A DNA stretch of 64,000 nucleotides from Candidatus Saccharimonadia bacterium (GTDB taxonomy: Bacteria > Patescibacteriota > Saccharimonadia > UBA4664), in contig JBGTMQ010000017.1 of assembly GCA_041743505.1 (NCBI GenBank), positions 15,680 through 79,679 on the forward strand. Reading direction: 5' to 3'. A program made the position numbers and the translations under genes. Within the stretch, counting starts at the first letter, position 1, and every line of letters begins with the position of its first letter. Of this stretch, positions 1 to 11,257 are shown piece after piece. The notes under the pieces are model-generated. The model did not search any database. It had not been told where the DNA came from and saw only the letters and a program-made list of their open reading frames with translations.

Positions 1-37
1 GATGCAGTAGCACCATTAGCTCGTATGTCTTTTGCAT
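1..37 (-). CDS. rpsF: 30S ribosomal protein S6, 5' end only (runs off window)
   Basis: Minus strand reads MQKTYELMVLLH after an AAAGGA SD; matches the YELMxxxxP start of S6. Only 12 codons visible. Confidence 0.7.
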   Translation of the reverse strand, partial: MQKTYELMVLLH

Positions 38-39
38 CG

Positions 40-108
40 CTTCCTTTCTATGGAAACCCCGGGGCTCCCGGGATTGCGGCCCGGAAGTACCCGGGGCGCA
101 AAAAGGTT
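40..108 (-). promoter_or_regulatory. Structured leader of rpsF, candidate S6:S18 autoregulatory leader
   Basis: GC-rich hairpin (gccccggg...ccccggggt with inner ccggg/cccgg); a CCUUU tract upstream can pair with the AAAGG SD. Confidence 0.4.
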
Positions 109-184
109 AATGATTGGTAAACCTGGCAATTATAATCTTTTTAGGCCGTTTGGTCAATCTGAGCGCCAAAGGTACAATACGTGC

Positions 185-715
185 ATGTACTCCCTAGCCA
201 GCAAACTTGCTTCTCTACCCATTGTTAGCCTCCAAACCGGCGAAGCAGTGGCGTCGGTAATACGGGCCGTAATTGATAGCTCTAATCTCGAAGTTATTGC
301 CTATCTCTGCGAAGTACCTAAGCAAGCTGAGCTGCTTACCCTTATAACCCAGGACATCCGTCAAATAACCCCTGATTGTTTTATTATCGACTCCGAAGAC
401 GAGTTAGCCGAAACCGGTGATATCGTGCGTATCCGGCATCTGTTGGAACAAAACTACACGCCACTCGGAAAACTGGTCGTGACCGACCTCAACCGGCACC
501 TCGGCCGCATCGACGACTACACCATCAACTTAGATAGCCACCGGATTCAAAAGCTATATGTCCGGCCATCACTGCTACGGTTCTGGCTAGGGGCCACTGT
601 CATCGTCGACCGCACTCAAATTATCGATGTCACGCCCCGTCAAATCGTTGTACGCGACACAGCCGTAACAGCCTCGCTAATGCCCACTGAACCAACCCCC
701 GAAACAAACCCTTGA
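185..715 (+). CDS. PRC-barrel domain protein (two barrels)
   Basis: LPIVSLQTGE and LGKLVVTDLNRHLGRIDDYTIN repeats; start moved to ATG 185, 6 nt after TACAAT. Confidence 0.7.
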   Translation: MYSLASKLASLPIVSLQTGEAVASVIRAVIDSSNLEVIAYLCEVPKQAELLTLITQDIRQITPDCFIIDSEDELAETGDIVRIRHLLEQNYTPLGKLVVTDLNRHLGRIDDYTINLDSHRIQKLYVRPSLLRFWLGATVIVDRTQIIDVTPRQIVVRDTAVTASLMPTEPTPETNP

Positions 716-824
716 ACCTTCTTACTACTTACGCTAAGCTGTAGCTAATAAGAGGGCGAAAAGTGGTAGTAATACTCCTGTTCGCGGTAGCATTCGTTGT
801 AGCATATCGTCTCGTTACCGCTAA

Positions 825-1436
825 CTAATTATCAAGGCGCCCCAGCGCCTTTTTAATTTGGTCATAAGTAAAACCCTGTCGCGACAAATATTGCATAAGC
901 CTAGTATTGTCTTGGTACTGCGATAACTTACGCCGACGGTTAATGATATCCTCTAGCATCTGCTCTTGAGCTTCCTCACCTAGTTCATCCAGTGCATCAG
1001 TCACCGTTTGCCGGTCTAGTCCTTTTTGGAACAACTCCTGCTCCAGCACGTAACGGCTACGAGGACGTGTGGCCTGACGGCTAGCTATCCAGCTGGCCGC
1101 AAACGCCGCATCATCCACCAAACCATGCTCGGTCAAACGGGCTATGACCGGCTCAATGATCTCCGCCCGATAACCCTTGTTAGTCAAATGGTTCACCACC
1201 TCCCGCCGGCTCCGCGGGCGGTGCCCCAAAAACCTCAAAGCCAGATTGTAAGCACTGCTCGCAGACGACTGTCCCTGCCAACCATTCACTTCATCGGGCG
1301 TTAGCTCCCGGCCAATCCGCAACTCGCTGCCCGATAATTCCAGATCGGACAGCGAGAATGCGTATACGTTATCGAGATAGACCGAGTAGCTACCAGGAGT
1401 CCGTTTCTGCTGCCGGATGTCGGTAATAACCGCCAC
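825..1436 (-). CDS. recX: Regulatory protein RecX
   Basis: ALRFLGHRPRSRREV, LVDDAAFA and YLSRQGF motifs; directly downstream of recA. Confidence 0.92.
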   Translation of the reverse strand: MAVITDIRQQKRTPGSYSVYLDNVYAFSLSDLELSGSELRIGRELTPDEVNGWQGQSSASSAYNLALRFLGHRPRSRREVVNHLTNKGYRAEIIEPVIARLTEHGLVDDAAFAASWIASRQATRPRSRYVLEQELFQKGLDRQTVTDALDELGEEAQEQMLEDIINRRRKLSQYQDNTRLMQYLSRQGFTYDQIKKALGRLDN

Positions 1437-1445
1437 GGCCCAGGC

Positions 1446-2531
<1,086 letters not shown>

Positions 2532-2648
2532 CCCGTTACGCTATTACTACAAGATAGTAACCGAACAGAAACCGTACTGTCAACTCCCCGGTAATTATCC
2601 CCTAGATACATAACACTTACCCTTACTCCCAACTGCTATAATTGGGCC

Positions 2649-2807
2649 ATGAGTGACATAGCCAAAAAGCCGGTTAAACCGGCTCAAGAAAAGCGCCCGC
2701 TAGGCTGGTCTGACCGCCCAGAGCGGGACAAGCTACCCCAAGACCGGGAGGATGCGAGGGAGTCTTTTGACGCGCTGTTGGATAAGGTGAGCAAACCCAA
2801 GAAATAA
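2649..2807 (+). CDS. Small hypothetical protein (52 aa, MSDIAKKPVK...SFDALLDKVSKPKK)
   Basis: Read manually; TATAAT 6 nt before ATG. Confidence 0.5.
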   Translation: MSDIAKKPVKPAQEKRPLGWSDRPERDKLPQDREDARESFDALLDKVSKPKK

Positions 2808-3016
2808 GCATTGGCAGTCTCTTGACCCGATTGCTAAAAGCGGCTATGCTCCAGGTAAGTCGTCGTGCCGGTTTGTCCCAGCACACGGCCCACGGTCAAC
2901 TAGCCGTGAGTAAAATCAAAGCCTTTAGGTAAGTTTGGGCGGGCTGGCGCTGCCAGTCGTTAAAAACTAGACCCGCACGGCGGTACGCGCCACCTTCCGA
3001 CAGTCACACTGGCGGG

Positions 3017-3205
3017 GTGGAGGGTAAAGGTTTGGGATACATTATTTTCCGACCCAACAGCAACCCCCAGCCGCGACGTAAAACTCCGGCCGAGAAAGAG
3101 CTGGAGGAGCAGCAACAAGCTGCTACGCTCGCCTATGTCCGGGAGCATTTTCAAAAGCTCCAACTACAAAAGGCTGACAACCATAAAGGTCGCAGCCCAG
3201 AGTAG
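3017..3205 (+). CDS. Small hypothetical protein
   Basis: 62-aa ORF followed by hairpin aacagcacc-ttcg-ggtgctgtt. Confidence 0.35.
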   Translation: MEGKGLGYIIFRPNSNPQPRRKTPAEKELEEQQQAATLAYVREHFQKLQLQKADNHKGRSPE

Positions 3206-3296
3206 TGTCCCAGCAAACAGCACCTTCGGGTGCTGTTCCTTGTTAAAAGACTATACCGCGTGCGCTTATTCGTCAATAGCACAAGCGTTATGCCTC

Positions 3297-3660
3297 TTAT
3301 GCTACTCTTTTTAGCAACAGTTCGAACATCGGCTCGTGACTCTTACGGTTCGAGTACCGCCAAGCGTATTCAGCCGCGTACAGGGGTAAATATCGCTTAT
3401 CGACATGCCGGTACACGGTAGTAATTCCATTCTTCAAAATAGACCAAAAGCCCTCTATGGTGTTGGTGTGGATCTCGCCCATAGTATAACGCTCAGAGTG
3501 GTTAATAGCGCTGTGTGGATAGCCGAGACGCGGCAAGACCTTATAAGCCAGCAATTGATCACTCATAACCCTAGAACCGCGTGAGACGTTAGCCTGGACG
3601 TGCGGCATCAGCTCTGGCGCCGTAACGTGATCGACAACCGCTGTTCGAACTCGCCCAACC
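3297..3660 (-). pseudogene. Truncated IS1595-family DDE transposase
   Basis: GRVRTAVVD...RVMSD...INHSERYT.GEIHTNTIEGFWSILK...EYAWRYSNR; N-terminal zinc ribbon/HTH and first catalytic Asp missing. Confidence 0.88.
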
Positions 3661-3749
3661 AGCGCTACGGCAGCATAGAAAATAAGCTGACCCTTACCGA
3701 AAACTAGAGCTGCAATCAGCCAATATGGTGACTTGAGCGGTGAGTGCGA

Positions 3750-4133
3750 TTAAGAATGTTTTTTTGAATGAAACCATTTCTTGCCAAGCACAACCCCGTA
3801 GGCGGTGAGTAAACTTATTAGAACAATGTCAAAAAATCGAATGTGGTTCCAATAATCAGTTGGCATAAAGCTTGCAAGAGTCCAGTTGGTAAATCGGATA
3901 TGCGCCATAATCAGGTAGTAAGAAGCGAGGCTGAATGCGATCCAAGCTAGCGGCGTGAACCACACTCTAATGTAGCCACGTTTGTAGACCTGTCGAGTGA
4001 TGTATAGCCCGGCCACTATCGCAGTGGCGTCGTGAAGTATGTACTGTCCGTGAACAAATACTAAGGCAGCTATCAGCCAATACGCTGTCTGGGCTATAAG
4101 CGCGATCAAGAATGTTTTTTTAAATGTGGTCAT
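3750..4133 (-). CDS. Hypothetical membrane protein (~4 TM)
   Basis: 127-aa hydrophobic ORF. Confidence 0.65.
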   Translation of the reverse strand: MTTFKKTFLIALIAQTAYWLIAALVFVHGQYILHDATAIVAGLYITRQVYKRGYIRVWFTPLAWIAFSLASYYLIMAHIRFTNWTLASFMPTDYWNHIRFFDIVLISLLTAYGVVLGKKWFHSKKHS

Positions 4134-4202
4134 AATAATTGCTTTATTTGGCGACGGAGGTTGGTAAGCCCTCCGCCGCCATATGTTACTACCGCGTTGC
4201 CG

Positions 4203-4658
4203 CTACCAGCCGCCACCACCGTTGCCGGGTGCCCCGCACTTCCAGTTATAGGCATTCCACATGGGTGCGTAGTAGTTACTTACGTATGCTTTGGTGCCCG
4301 GATGATAGGTAGAGCAATAGAGTTGCGTGTCAACGCCGCCGATGATCTGCCATTCACTACCCCATTCGGCAGAGGCCGTGAGAGACTTATCGGTGCTGGC
4401 AGAAAAGCTGCCACCTGTACTGTCGCTTATTTTACGCTTGCAGTACCAAGTATAAGGGTTGGCCGGATCTTGATACCAAGCATCCATTGTTTGGTGGAGG
4501 CCGCCGTACTTGAGATGACAGGCACTTGCCATGTTAATCCCGTAGCCGCCATCAGCGGCGCTGGCCGCTGTCGCATTCACAGCCATGGTGCCGAAACTCA
4601 CCCCAACGAGGGTGGCGAGAACGGCGAGAAACCTTACAAACCGCTTGGTGACAGACAT
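4203..4658 (-). CDS. Secreted protein with two Cys-containing repeats
   Basis: Signal peptide ending ATAASA/AD; repeats GINMASAC...WYC and GVDTQLYC...WKC. Confidence 0.75.
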   Translation of the reverse strand: MSVTKRFVRFLAVLATLVGVSFGTMAVNATAASAADGGYGINMASACHLKYGGLHQTMDAWYQDPANPYTWYCKRKISDSTGGSFSASTDKSLTASAEWGSEWQIIGGVDTQLYCSTYHPGTKAYVSNYYAPMWNAYNWKCGAPGNGGGGW

Positions 4659-4857
4659 GCCACAACCTTTCGGGTCTGGGATTGGATGTAAAGAAGGACG
4701 CTCAATTGTCTTGGGGGACGGTCGAATTGAGTTAGCCAGAAGTTACCATATGACTGACAAGGATGCAAATTTGCGGCTCTGGTTTGGCATTTATGGCCAG
4801 GCGGTTTGCGTGCCCATCGAAAACCTACCCGTTAAGAACCGATCAAAAGCCGTACTG

Positions 4858-6705
4858 TCAACTCCCCGTAACTGCCTGCCTCAATGCCGCCCGAATATCC
4901 CCCTGACCCAACACATGAAGCGACGTCATAGCCCGCGTCAACGCCACATACAACTGATCCTGATTAAGCCGCCGCCGCTCCGCCGCCACAGTCACAGATT
5001 CCTCTGGCACCGCAAACGTGTCAGCCTCAATGCCTACCAAGCAAACCGTATCAAACTCCACTCCCTGAGCCTCACGGATTGTCAGGCAATGAACTCCCGG
5101 CCGACCCGCCAACCCCGTCGCATAGGCCTCTATCGTATCCACGTCCTTGGCCAGCACCCCGATAGTACCCCCAGCCGGCACCTCCAATTGCTTAATGTAC
5201 GAAATCGCCGCCACCTCATCAGTCGCCAATTCCACCACCTCCGGGCCTTCGCTCAAACCCTCCGGCAACTCCACGTCATACCCCAACTCGCGAATATACG
5301 CCAAGATCTGCTTCGTATTGCGATAAACCTTATGTAACTTAATGTGCCGCTCAGCCGCAATCGTCTCACCAATCTCCCGCCAATCACGAATCGTCCCAAA
5401 TTGCGTCTGCTGAGCCAAATCACCAATATAGAGCATGGCTTCAGTCCGGCCGCTTACAGCACCTCGCATCAGCCGCAACTGCTCCGGCAGGTAATTCTGA
5501 AATTCATCCACCAGCACCAACGAATAGTTAAGCGGCTGCATGGTCACCTTGGTCCGAACTTTGCCGCCCGGCAAGAAAGTGTAGCTCTCCACACCGGCCA
5601 TCAACCGTCCCTCAGTCCGCTGCTTAGCCACCAGCAACATTGTCAAATCATGGCGGTCAAGCGCCCCTTCCCCCAGCTCGCTTGCCAGCATCTTCAACTG
5701 CCCATGCGCCAGATAGGCCGCATAAGCCGCCTTCAAAAACTGATCCGGCCGCTTGGCGTCAAACCGCGCCTCCAGTGGCTCATGAAGTGCCTTCAGTTTG
5801 GCCGCTTCATAGGCGTCCTGCTCAACTTCATTAGCCCCGGGTCGGACCCGAAAAAAGTAGGCCCTCAGCCCCAGCCGCTCCAACGCCCATTCCGCAAAGG
5901 TAGTTATCCGCACGTCATGAATACCCAGTTCCGGTAGCAAGGTAGAGAAATACTCCTGCGTCCGCCCGTCCTGAACAAATACCATAATCGCCTCAGCCGG
6001 ATAAAGGTCGGTTGTCTCTGGCGCTTGGCGAAGATAGGCAATGCGGTGCAGCGCCAACGTGGTCTTACCGGAGCCGGCCGGCCCGGAAATCACCAACGGC
6101 CCCCGGTGATCCGCCCGGATAACCTGGTCCTGGGCCTTTTCCATCTGGGCCACAATCTCCGGCAGCACAAAGCCTTCTTTGTGAGTCGAAAAGTGGTCTT
6201 GATAAATCAGTTCCCGGGCATCATCCTCCGACTCGCTAGTCATAAACCGGATCTCGCCGCTGGTAATCATAAACTGGTCCCGCCGCTGCAACCGCCCCGA
6301 CACCTGCCGCCCATCCGGCGCAGCGTAGCTAACCTCTCCCGGCTCCTCAAACCGCACCCGCGCCACCGGCGCCGCCCACGAATAAATACCGTGCTCACTA
6401 GCCGGAAATTTGGCAAAATAATAAGCCTGTGCCGGCCGGCCGGGCAGCTCCAAATCACACCGGGCAAAGTATGGCGATGGCGCTAAGGCCTGAAGCTGCT
6501 GCTTCATCATCGTCGTATTTGTGCCCACCGCCAAAGCCCGCAGCCGGTCCTCATACTCGGTATCCCCCTCAATTTCCTTGAAGGCCTCCCAATCCCGCTC
6601 CAAAGTCGTCATCACCTCACCCAGCCGCACGTCCAACTGCCGCCGGGTCTCCGTCAAGTGCTCTTTAGCTTCACCTAGAAGCTGCTCCTTGTGGGTTCGG
6701 TCCAT
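4858..6705 (-). CDS. HelD-like SF1 (UvrD-family) ATPase, putative RNA polymerase recycling factor
   Basis: [50 protein letters not shown] and LYVALTRA motifs. Confidence 0.85.
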   Translation of the reverse strand: MDRTHKEQLLGEAKEHLTETRRQLDVRLGEVMTTLERDWEAFKEIEGDTEYEDRLRALAVGTNTTMMKQQLQALAPSPYFARCDLELPGRPAQAYYFAKFPASEHGIYSWAAPVARVRFEEPGEVSYAAPDGRQVSGRLQRRDQFMITSGEIRFMTSESEDDARELIYQDHFSTHKEGFVLPEIVAQMEKAQDQVIRADHRGPLVISGPAGSGKTTLALHRIAYLRQAPETTDLYPAEAIMVFVQDGRTQEYFSTLLPELGIHDVRITTFAEWALERLGLRAYFFRVRPGANEVEQDAYEAAKLKALHEPLEARFDAKRPDQFLKAAYAAYLAHGQLKMLASELGEGALDRHDLTMLLVAKQRTEGRLMAGVESYTFLPGGKVRTKVTMQPLNYSLVLVDEFQNYLPEQLRLMRGAVSGRTEAMLYIGDLAQQTQFGTIRDWREIGETIAAERHIKLHKVYRNTKQILAYIRELGYDVELPEGLSEGPEVVELATDEVAAISYIKQLEVPAGGTIGVLAKDVDTIEAYATGLAGRPGVHCLTIREAQGVEFDTVCLVGIEADTFAVPEESVTVAAERRRLNQDQLYVALTRAMTSLHVLGQGDIRAALRQAVTGS

Positions 6706-6716
6706 TGAGCTCCCTG

Positions 6717-7220
6717 CTACCGATAGTTCTGGAAATCCAACGGAAAATCCAAATCTTTACCCTTCAACAATGTCATAACTCCTTGCAAATCATCCTTGCT
6801 AGCCGAGGTCACCCGCACACTGTCACCCTGAATCTGCGTTTTTACCTTGGGATAACTATCCCGAATCGCCTTGGTCAGCTGCTTGGCCTTATCCTGATCC
6901 AATCCTTTCTTAAACGGCACCGTCCAGCGCATTTCCTTGCCACCCTCAACCGGACTCCCGCTCGTATCCAACGTCTTGAGCGACACCCCACGCTTCACCA
7001 GCTTGCTCTGCAACACGTCTAAAATAGCATCGAGCTGGTTTTGGCTCTCCCCCGCGATCAACACGCCGGTCTTGCCGTCCACAAACTCCAATTTGGCCGC
7101 CGTGCCCTTAAAATCGTACCGCGTACTAATCTCGCGCTGCGCCTGGTCAACCGCATTGGTCATCTCAGCCACATCGTAGTCACTAACGACATCAAATGAA
7201 AAATCTTTCGCCATTATCAT
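6717..7220 (-). CDS. yajQ: YajQ-family nucleotide-binding protein
   Basis: SFDVVS, NAVDQA, RYDFKG, IQGDSVRVT, DDLQ, FQNYR. Confidence 0.95.
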   Translation of the reverse strand: MIMAKDFSFDVVSDYDVAEMTNAVDQAQREISTRYDFKGTAAKLEFVDGKTGVLIAGESQNQLDAILDVLQSKLVKRGVSLKTLDTSGSPVEGGKEMRWTVPFKKGLDQDKAKQLTKAIRDSYPKVKTQIQGDSVRVTSASKDDLQGVMTLLKGKDLDFPLDFQNYR

Positions 7221-7244
7221 GCCTCCTTGTCGGTTCTTAGTTTA

Positions 7245-7360
7245 TACGAGTTTCGTACTTTGATGTAGCCCAAGAAAGAACGAGCACCGCAGGGAGGTCG
7301 CGTAGCGACAAAGCGGAGCGCAAGTTATGACGCCGGGATATGCGAAGCACGAAACTCGTA
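7245..7360. mobile_element. 116-bp MITE-like palindromic element
   Basis: 17-bp terminal inverted repeats (15/17; tacgagtttcgt core) flanked by GTTTA direct repeats at 7240-7244 and 7361-7365. Confidence 0.6.
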
Positions 7361-7362
7361 GT

Positions 7363-8331
7363 TTACGGAATAACGGTGTCCTTGGCAAAAGCCTGATTGC
7401 GCCGGATCTCACCTTCTCCACCCAGCGCATCAATTTTCTTGCCCGCCACCACTGCATTAGTAATAGTCAAGCTTGTCGCACCTGCATTACCAGTCGTGAT
7501 ACTAACGTCCTTCGTAGCCATGAATAACCTGCTCCACCCGGCTACCGTTGTACCACGCCAAACTTCCTTACCATCAGCCACAACCACCACCGACGTAGTC
7601 TCCTTGACCTTAACAGCCATGGCAATGCCATCGAATGGCGCCGGAGGCACTGCCGCTGCAGCCGGGTCAACCTTGGGCAAATGCGCCAGAATGTTACGCG
7701 TCACCGCCGAAGTCTTGCCCAGCTTACTCCGCGACACCACATGCACCGCATTCACGCCGTCTTGCAATGCCACCTTCTCGCTAAAACCCCCGTTCGTATC
7801 CGTCAGCACCGGCGAATCATTGATAGTTACATCAGATCCCGGCGTGGTCTTACCGCTCAAATCAATAACACCACCCGTAATAGTCGTGTCACCCGAGGGG
7901 TTATTAACGCTCAACATTGGCGCCGCCGCCAGAGCCGAAAATTGCCATAACAAGTAGGCCAAAACCGCCACAATAACCGCCACAACAGTAATAGCCGCCA
8001 CAATCGGACCGGTAAATACCAGCCGTTTAGGCCGCTCCAGCTGTGGCTGCTTAGTTGGACCGGTCTCCAACCCGCCGCGCTCCGCCACATACATCGCCGC
8101 AACCAATGCCCCATCCAGGCCCAAATGGTTAGCGTAATGCTGCACAAACCCGCGCGTATAAATATCATGCGGCAAGCTCGAGTAATCACCCGATTCCAAA
8201 GCCGTCAAAAACTTGCCACGAATCTTCGTATCCAGCTCCACCTGGGCCAAACTCAGCCGCAAGGCCTGCCGCCGGCTCTTTAACTGCTGGCCAACGGGAC
8301 TATTAGGCTTAATCTTAGCGTCTTCGGACAT
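7363..8331 (-). CDS. RodZ-like protein (HTH, TM, Ig-like extracellular domain)
   Basis: GQQLKSRR...TKIRGKFLTALESGDYSSLP..IYTRGFVQHYA; C-terminal ITTGNAGA; start moved to MSEDAK. Confidence 0.85.
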   Translation of the reverse strand: MSEDAKIKPNSPVGQQLKSRRQALRLSLAQVELDTKIRGKFLTALESGDYSSLPHDIYTRGFVQHYANHLGLDGALVAAMYVAERGGLETGPTKQPQLERPKRLVFTGPIVAAITVVAVIVAVLAYLLWQFSALAAAPMLSVNNPSGDTTITGGVIDLSGKTTPGSDVTINDSPVLTDTNGGFSEKVALQDGVNAVHVVSRSKLGKTSAVTRNILAHLPKVDPAAAAVPPAPFDGIAMAVKVKETTSVVVVADGKEVWRGTTVAGWSRLFMATKDVSITTGNAGATSLTITNAVVAGKKIDALGGEGEIRRNQAFAKDTVIP

Positions 8332-8496
8332 AATCTCATTGTACAGGTTTGAGTACACAGATCGAACCCGTCGCCCATCTGGCGCTACCAAGACAAAAAA
8401 ATGCTTACCGTTTTTTGCCAAAAAAAGCGTATAAAACCTTTGTAAGCAGCGAAGTCAACAGAAAAAGTGTTAGCCCCTTGGACTTAAGTTTATACG

Positions 8497-8922
8497 TTAT
8501 CGACGCCAATTGCGTTTTAGTTCGCGGATATATACAGCCGCGATAATAGCAGCGGCAAGGTAGATTGTAATTATCATAATAATGGGGATATCATTGCCAT
8601 GATAAACGTATGCTCTCAGCACCATTGGAATAATGAGAGCGACAATCAAGGGAAAAACGACTATCGAAGCCATAAGAGCAAGCAAGTTCTTCCTATAAAT
8701 TCCTATAATAATTATGGAGAGAAAAACACTAACGCTCATAGTCATTAGTAAAAGCAGAATAGGAAGACCAGTTTCAAAATTACCGGAAAGTCCATACGCT
8801 ACTATGGGCAAAAATATAAAAGCTACTACTATCAAAAACGCCCAGATAATGATCGGAGCTGATAGTAGACAAGTCAGAATAAAAACAGGGGTTAGCCCCT
8901 TAGCCGTAGGCTTCATATACAT
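8497..8922 (-). CDS. Hypothetical membrane protein (AT-rich gene)
   Basis: 141-aa ORF with four hydrophobic segments. Confidence 0.65.
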   Translation of the reverse strand: MYMKPTAKGLTPVFILTCLLSAPIIIWAFLIVVAFIFLPIVAYGLSGNFETGLPILLLLMTMSVSVFLSIIIIGIYRKNLLALMASIVVFPLIVALIIPMVLRAYVYHGNDIPIIMIITIYLAAAIIAAVYIRELKRNWRR

Positions 8923-9084
8923 AGCATACCATCATAAACATGCCTGAGTAAGCTCAAAATCAGCACAGATATTTACAAAGCAGCAACAATATGCTATAAT
9001 TAAATATTAGTGCAGAAAGAGCTCCCTATGGACTCTTTGTTTTTCTGCCTGCTCATCGACATCCACAGGGAGGACTGGTCATCC

Positions 9085-9558
9085 ATGTCCAGACGAACAA
9101 AGATGTGGGGTTCGCTTTTGCTGGTAGCAGTAATCGCTTTAGCAGGCTTTTTTCTACTCCCTCGCAACAGCGAAACTGTCGCCCCAGCTCATGGCAGCGG
9201 TACCGTAGCAGGTGCATCACCTGCTGAACAGATGCCGCCAACCAACATCCAAGCTCTTCAGCAAGCTATCAATAGCAGCGACGTGGGGACTCAGGCCGGG
9301 ACTCTGGCAAGCACTACCCGCTCTGACTTCCTGCAGCAGAACCAGCTGATGCTACCACCAGGCATTACCGTTCGAATCCTAGCGGGTCAAGCAGAGAACT
9401 CCGTCGTCACCCAGAACACATTCTTGGCAGATGGCGATAACGGTCAAGTTACCGCTGAAGCGTTAGACCAGGACCGCCGCGTTGTACAACACTATGTCCT
9501 GCGCCTCGTCCGTGAAAACGGTGCCTGGCTCATTCTCTACACAGAGGAGACGAAATGA
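9085..9558 (+). CDS. Membrane-anchored hypothetical protein
   Basis: GGGAGG SD, N-terminal TM; overlaps next gene (ATGA). Confidence 0.7.
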   Translation: MSRRTKMWGSLLLVAVIALAGFFLLPRNSETVAPAHGSGTVAGASPAEQMPPTNIQALQQAINSSDVGTQAGTLASTTRSDFLQQNQLMLPPGITVRILAGQAENSVVTQNTFLADGDNGQVTAEALDQDRRVVQHYVLRLVRENGAWLILYTEETK

Positions 9559-10934
9559 ACGCCAAGTTGCTACGATGGATCGGTGCGATTCTTACCGCAA
9601 TGATGGCCGTTTTGTTCAGCTCGTTTTTTGCTCCTGCCCAGGCGAGCGCTAAAGCAGGCTGCTTACCGGATATCGGCAAGCGGTTGCCTGTTATCCTAAT
9701 CCATGGCTTTGGTGATCGGGCGGCTGTCTGGGGTAGCGCCGACGATCCCAATTCAACGCTACATGAAGTCGACAATCTGTTTAACGTATATGCCGAGACC
9801 TTCGACTACGAGACCACAAACAGGCATTGGGTCGATGACGCAAACATTGGAACTCGCTTGGCTCAAAGAATCGCCTGTATAGCAACGTCATCAAGGCAAG
9901 CCGGCGGACCTGGCAAGGTGACGTTAGTTGTCCATTCCATGGGTGGACTCGCAGCCAGATATGCAGCTACACAAACGATGGATGGCCGCAGTTTGTCGAG
10001 TGATATCGGTCTGGTAGCCACCATTGGTACACCAAATACGGGTAGTGGGCTAGCCGATGCTGGCTCAATTCTCTGCTCTCCGATTGCCGAAACACGTAAG
10101 CTAGAACAAAGTGCTGAACATGATAACAGTATTTGTACAGGTGGTGCCGTCGATGCTATGCACAACCATTCCCAGCAAATCGACGATCTGCCCCAACTAC
10201 CCAGCACCATTCCCGTTGTGACAATCGCCGGAGACGTTACAGTTACGTACTCGGTCTTTCGAGTCCCACTAAACGATACGGATAGCGATCTTGTCGTCAC
10301 CAAGCCATCTGCCCTCAAGGGGGCAGCTAAGATCCAATCGATTGGTGGCGAAAAGGTAGTAGCCTGCAGCACCAATATCCAGTCAATCGACCCAGTTGCT
10401 GTCGGTATGGGTATTGGCCAAACTGCCGGCAAGCTGGCATTCAAACAGCCCGTGCTACCCTCATGCTGGCACAACGGCCTGCCAAGTCACCAGGAGGTCA
10501 AGCAAAGCGTAACTGACGCGATCAAAGCCTATCAGAGCAAGTTGAAAGCCCAAGCCGACGCCGCCAACGCCAACCAGGCGCTTGCACCATACATCGGCGT
10601 CTGGACGGTCCATGGCGGTAAGCTGGAGATCCGGTCCGACCGCACTGGCACCCAAACTATCAGTCTCGGATGCGGCGCCGCTGCCATCTGCAACGAAGTT
10701 GTCCAGCTCTCATTCGCTGGCCCGTCCAATGGGAGCCTCACCGCAAAAATAAACCGCGTATCCGTACCGGACGGCTATCAGCCCAGCGTGAAAGTTGGTG
10801 ATTCCTTCACACTCACACTACAGCGTGACCGCCATGTATTACACACCATCTGGTCTGATGGCAAAGATCACGGCAACCCTTTCTGGTGCGACGCGTTCGC
10901 AACAACACAAAGTTTTACTGAATGTGGCCAGTAA
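9555..10934 (+). CDS. Secreted PGAP1-like alpha/beta hydrolase (lipase/esterase) with C-terminal domain
   Basis: Signal peptide; PVILIHG, VHSMGG nucleophile elbow, IGTPNTGS, SDLVV, WH. Confidence 0.85.
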   Translation: MNAKLLRWIGAILTAMMAVLFSSFFAPAQASAKAGCLPDIGKRLPVILIHGFGDRAAVWGSADDPNSTLHEVDNLFNVYAETFDYETTNRHWVDDANIGTRLAQRIACIATSSRQAGGPGKVTLVVHSMGGLAARYAATQTMDGRSLSSDIGLVATIGTPNTGSGLADAGSILCSPIAETRKLEQSAEHDNSICTGGAVDAMHNHSQQIDDLPQLPSTIPVVTIAGDVTVTYSVFRVPLNDTDSDLVVTKPSALKGAAKIQSIGGEKVVACSTNIQSIDPVAVGMGIGQTAGKLAFKQPVLPSCWHNGLPSHQEVKQSVTDAIKAYQSKLKAQADAANANQALAPYIGVWTVHGGKLEIRSDRTGTQTISLGCGAAAICNEVVQLSFAGPSNGSLTAKINRVSVPDGYQPSVKVGDSFTLTLQRDRHVLHTIWSDGKDHGNPFWCDAFATTQSFTECGQ

Positions 10935-11019
10935 CAGCACGCCCACAAGGACGGAATCTACGGCAAACCAGCCGGCAGGTCTCCGTCCTTTTTATTTAGT
11001 GTATTTCTCAAACTAATAA

Positions 11020-11200
11020 GTTACAGAACCCGCCAGCCCGAAGGATGCTCTGCAAATAACCCCGATTGGCGCAGAGCTCCGGGACAAGAAAACCGTGATA
11101 GTAGATAGCCAAATAACTCTCAGCCTCATACCCGGCGACTACAAACATGTGCTACGCGAAGGAGGCACCATAGCCGGACTTAATCTTGCCAAACCCACTC
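11020..11200 (+). pseudogene. C-terminal fragment of a third pyrE-like copy
   Basis: Reads PIGAELRDKKTVIVDS...VLREGGTIAGL, aligning with LGAPLQDKKVVVVDD...KGGTVTG of the next gene; no N-terminus. Confidence 0.55.
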
Positions 11201-11257
11201 ATGCTAAAGTGGAAAGCAGCCACCCCCGGCACCTGCCCCTCGACAAAGGAGTCCCCC

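Larger units (their letters stand above)
2590..3660 (-). mobile_element. IS1595-family remnant with small passenger ORFs
   Basis: Transposase C-terminal fragment; GGTAATTATCCCC at 2590 resembles an IS1595-type end; no partner end found. Confidence 0.55.
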
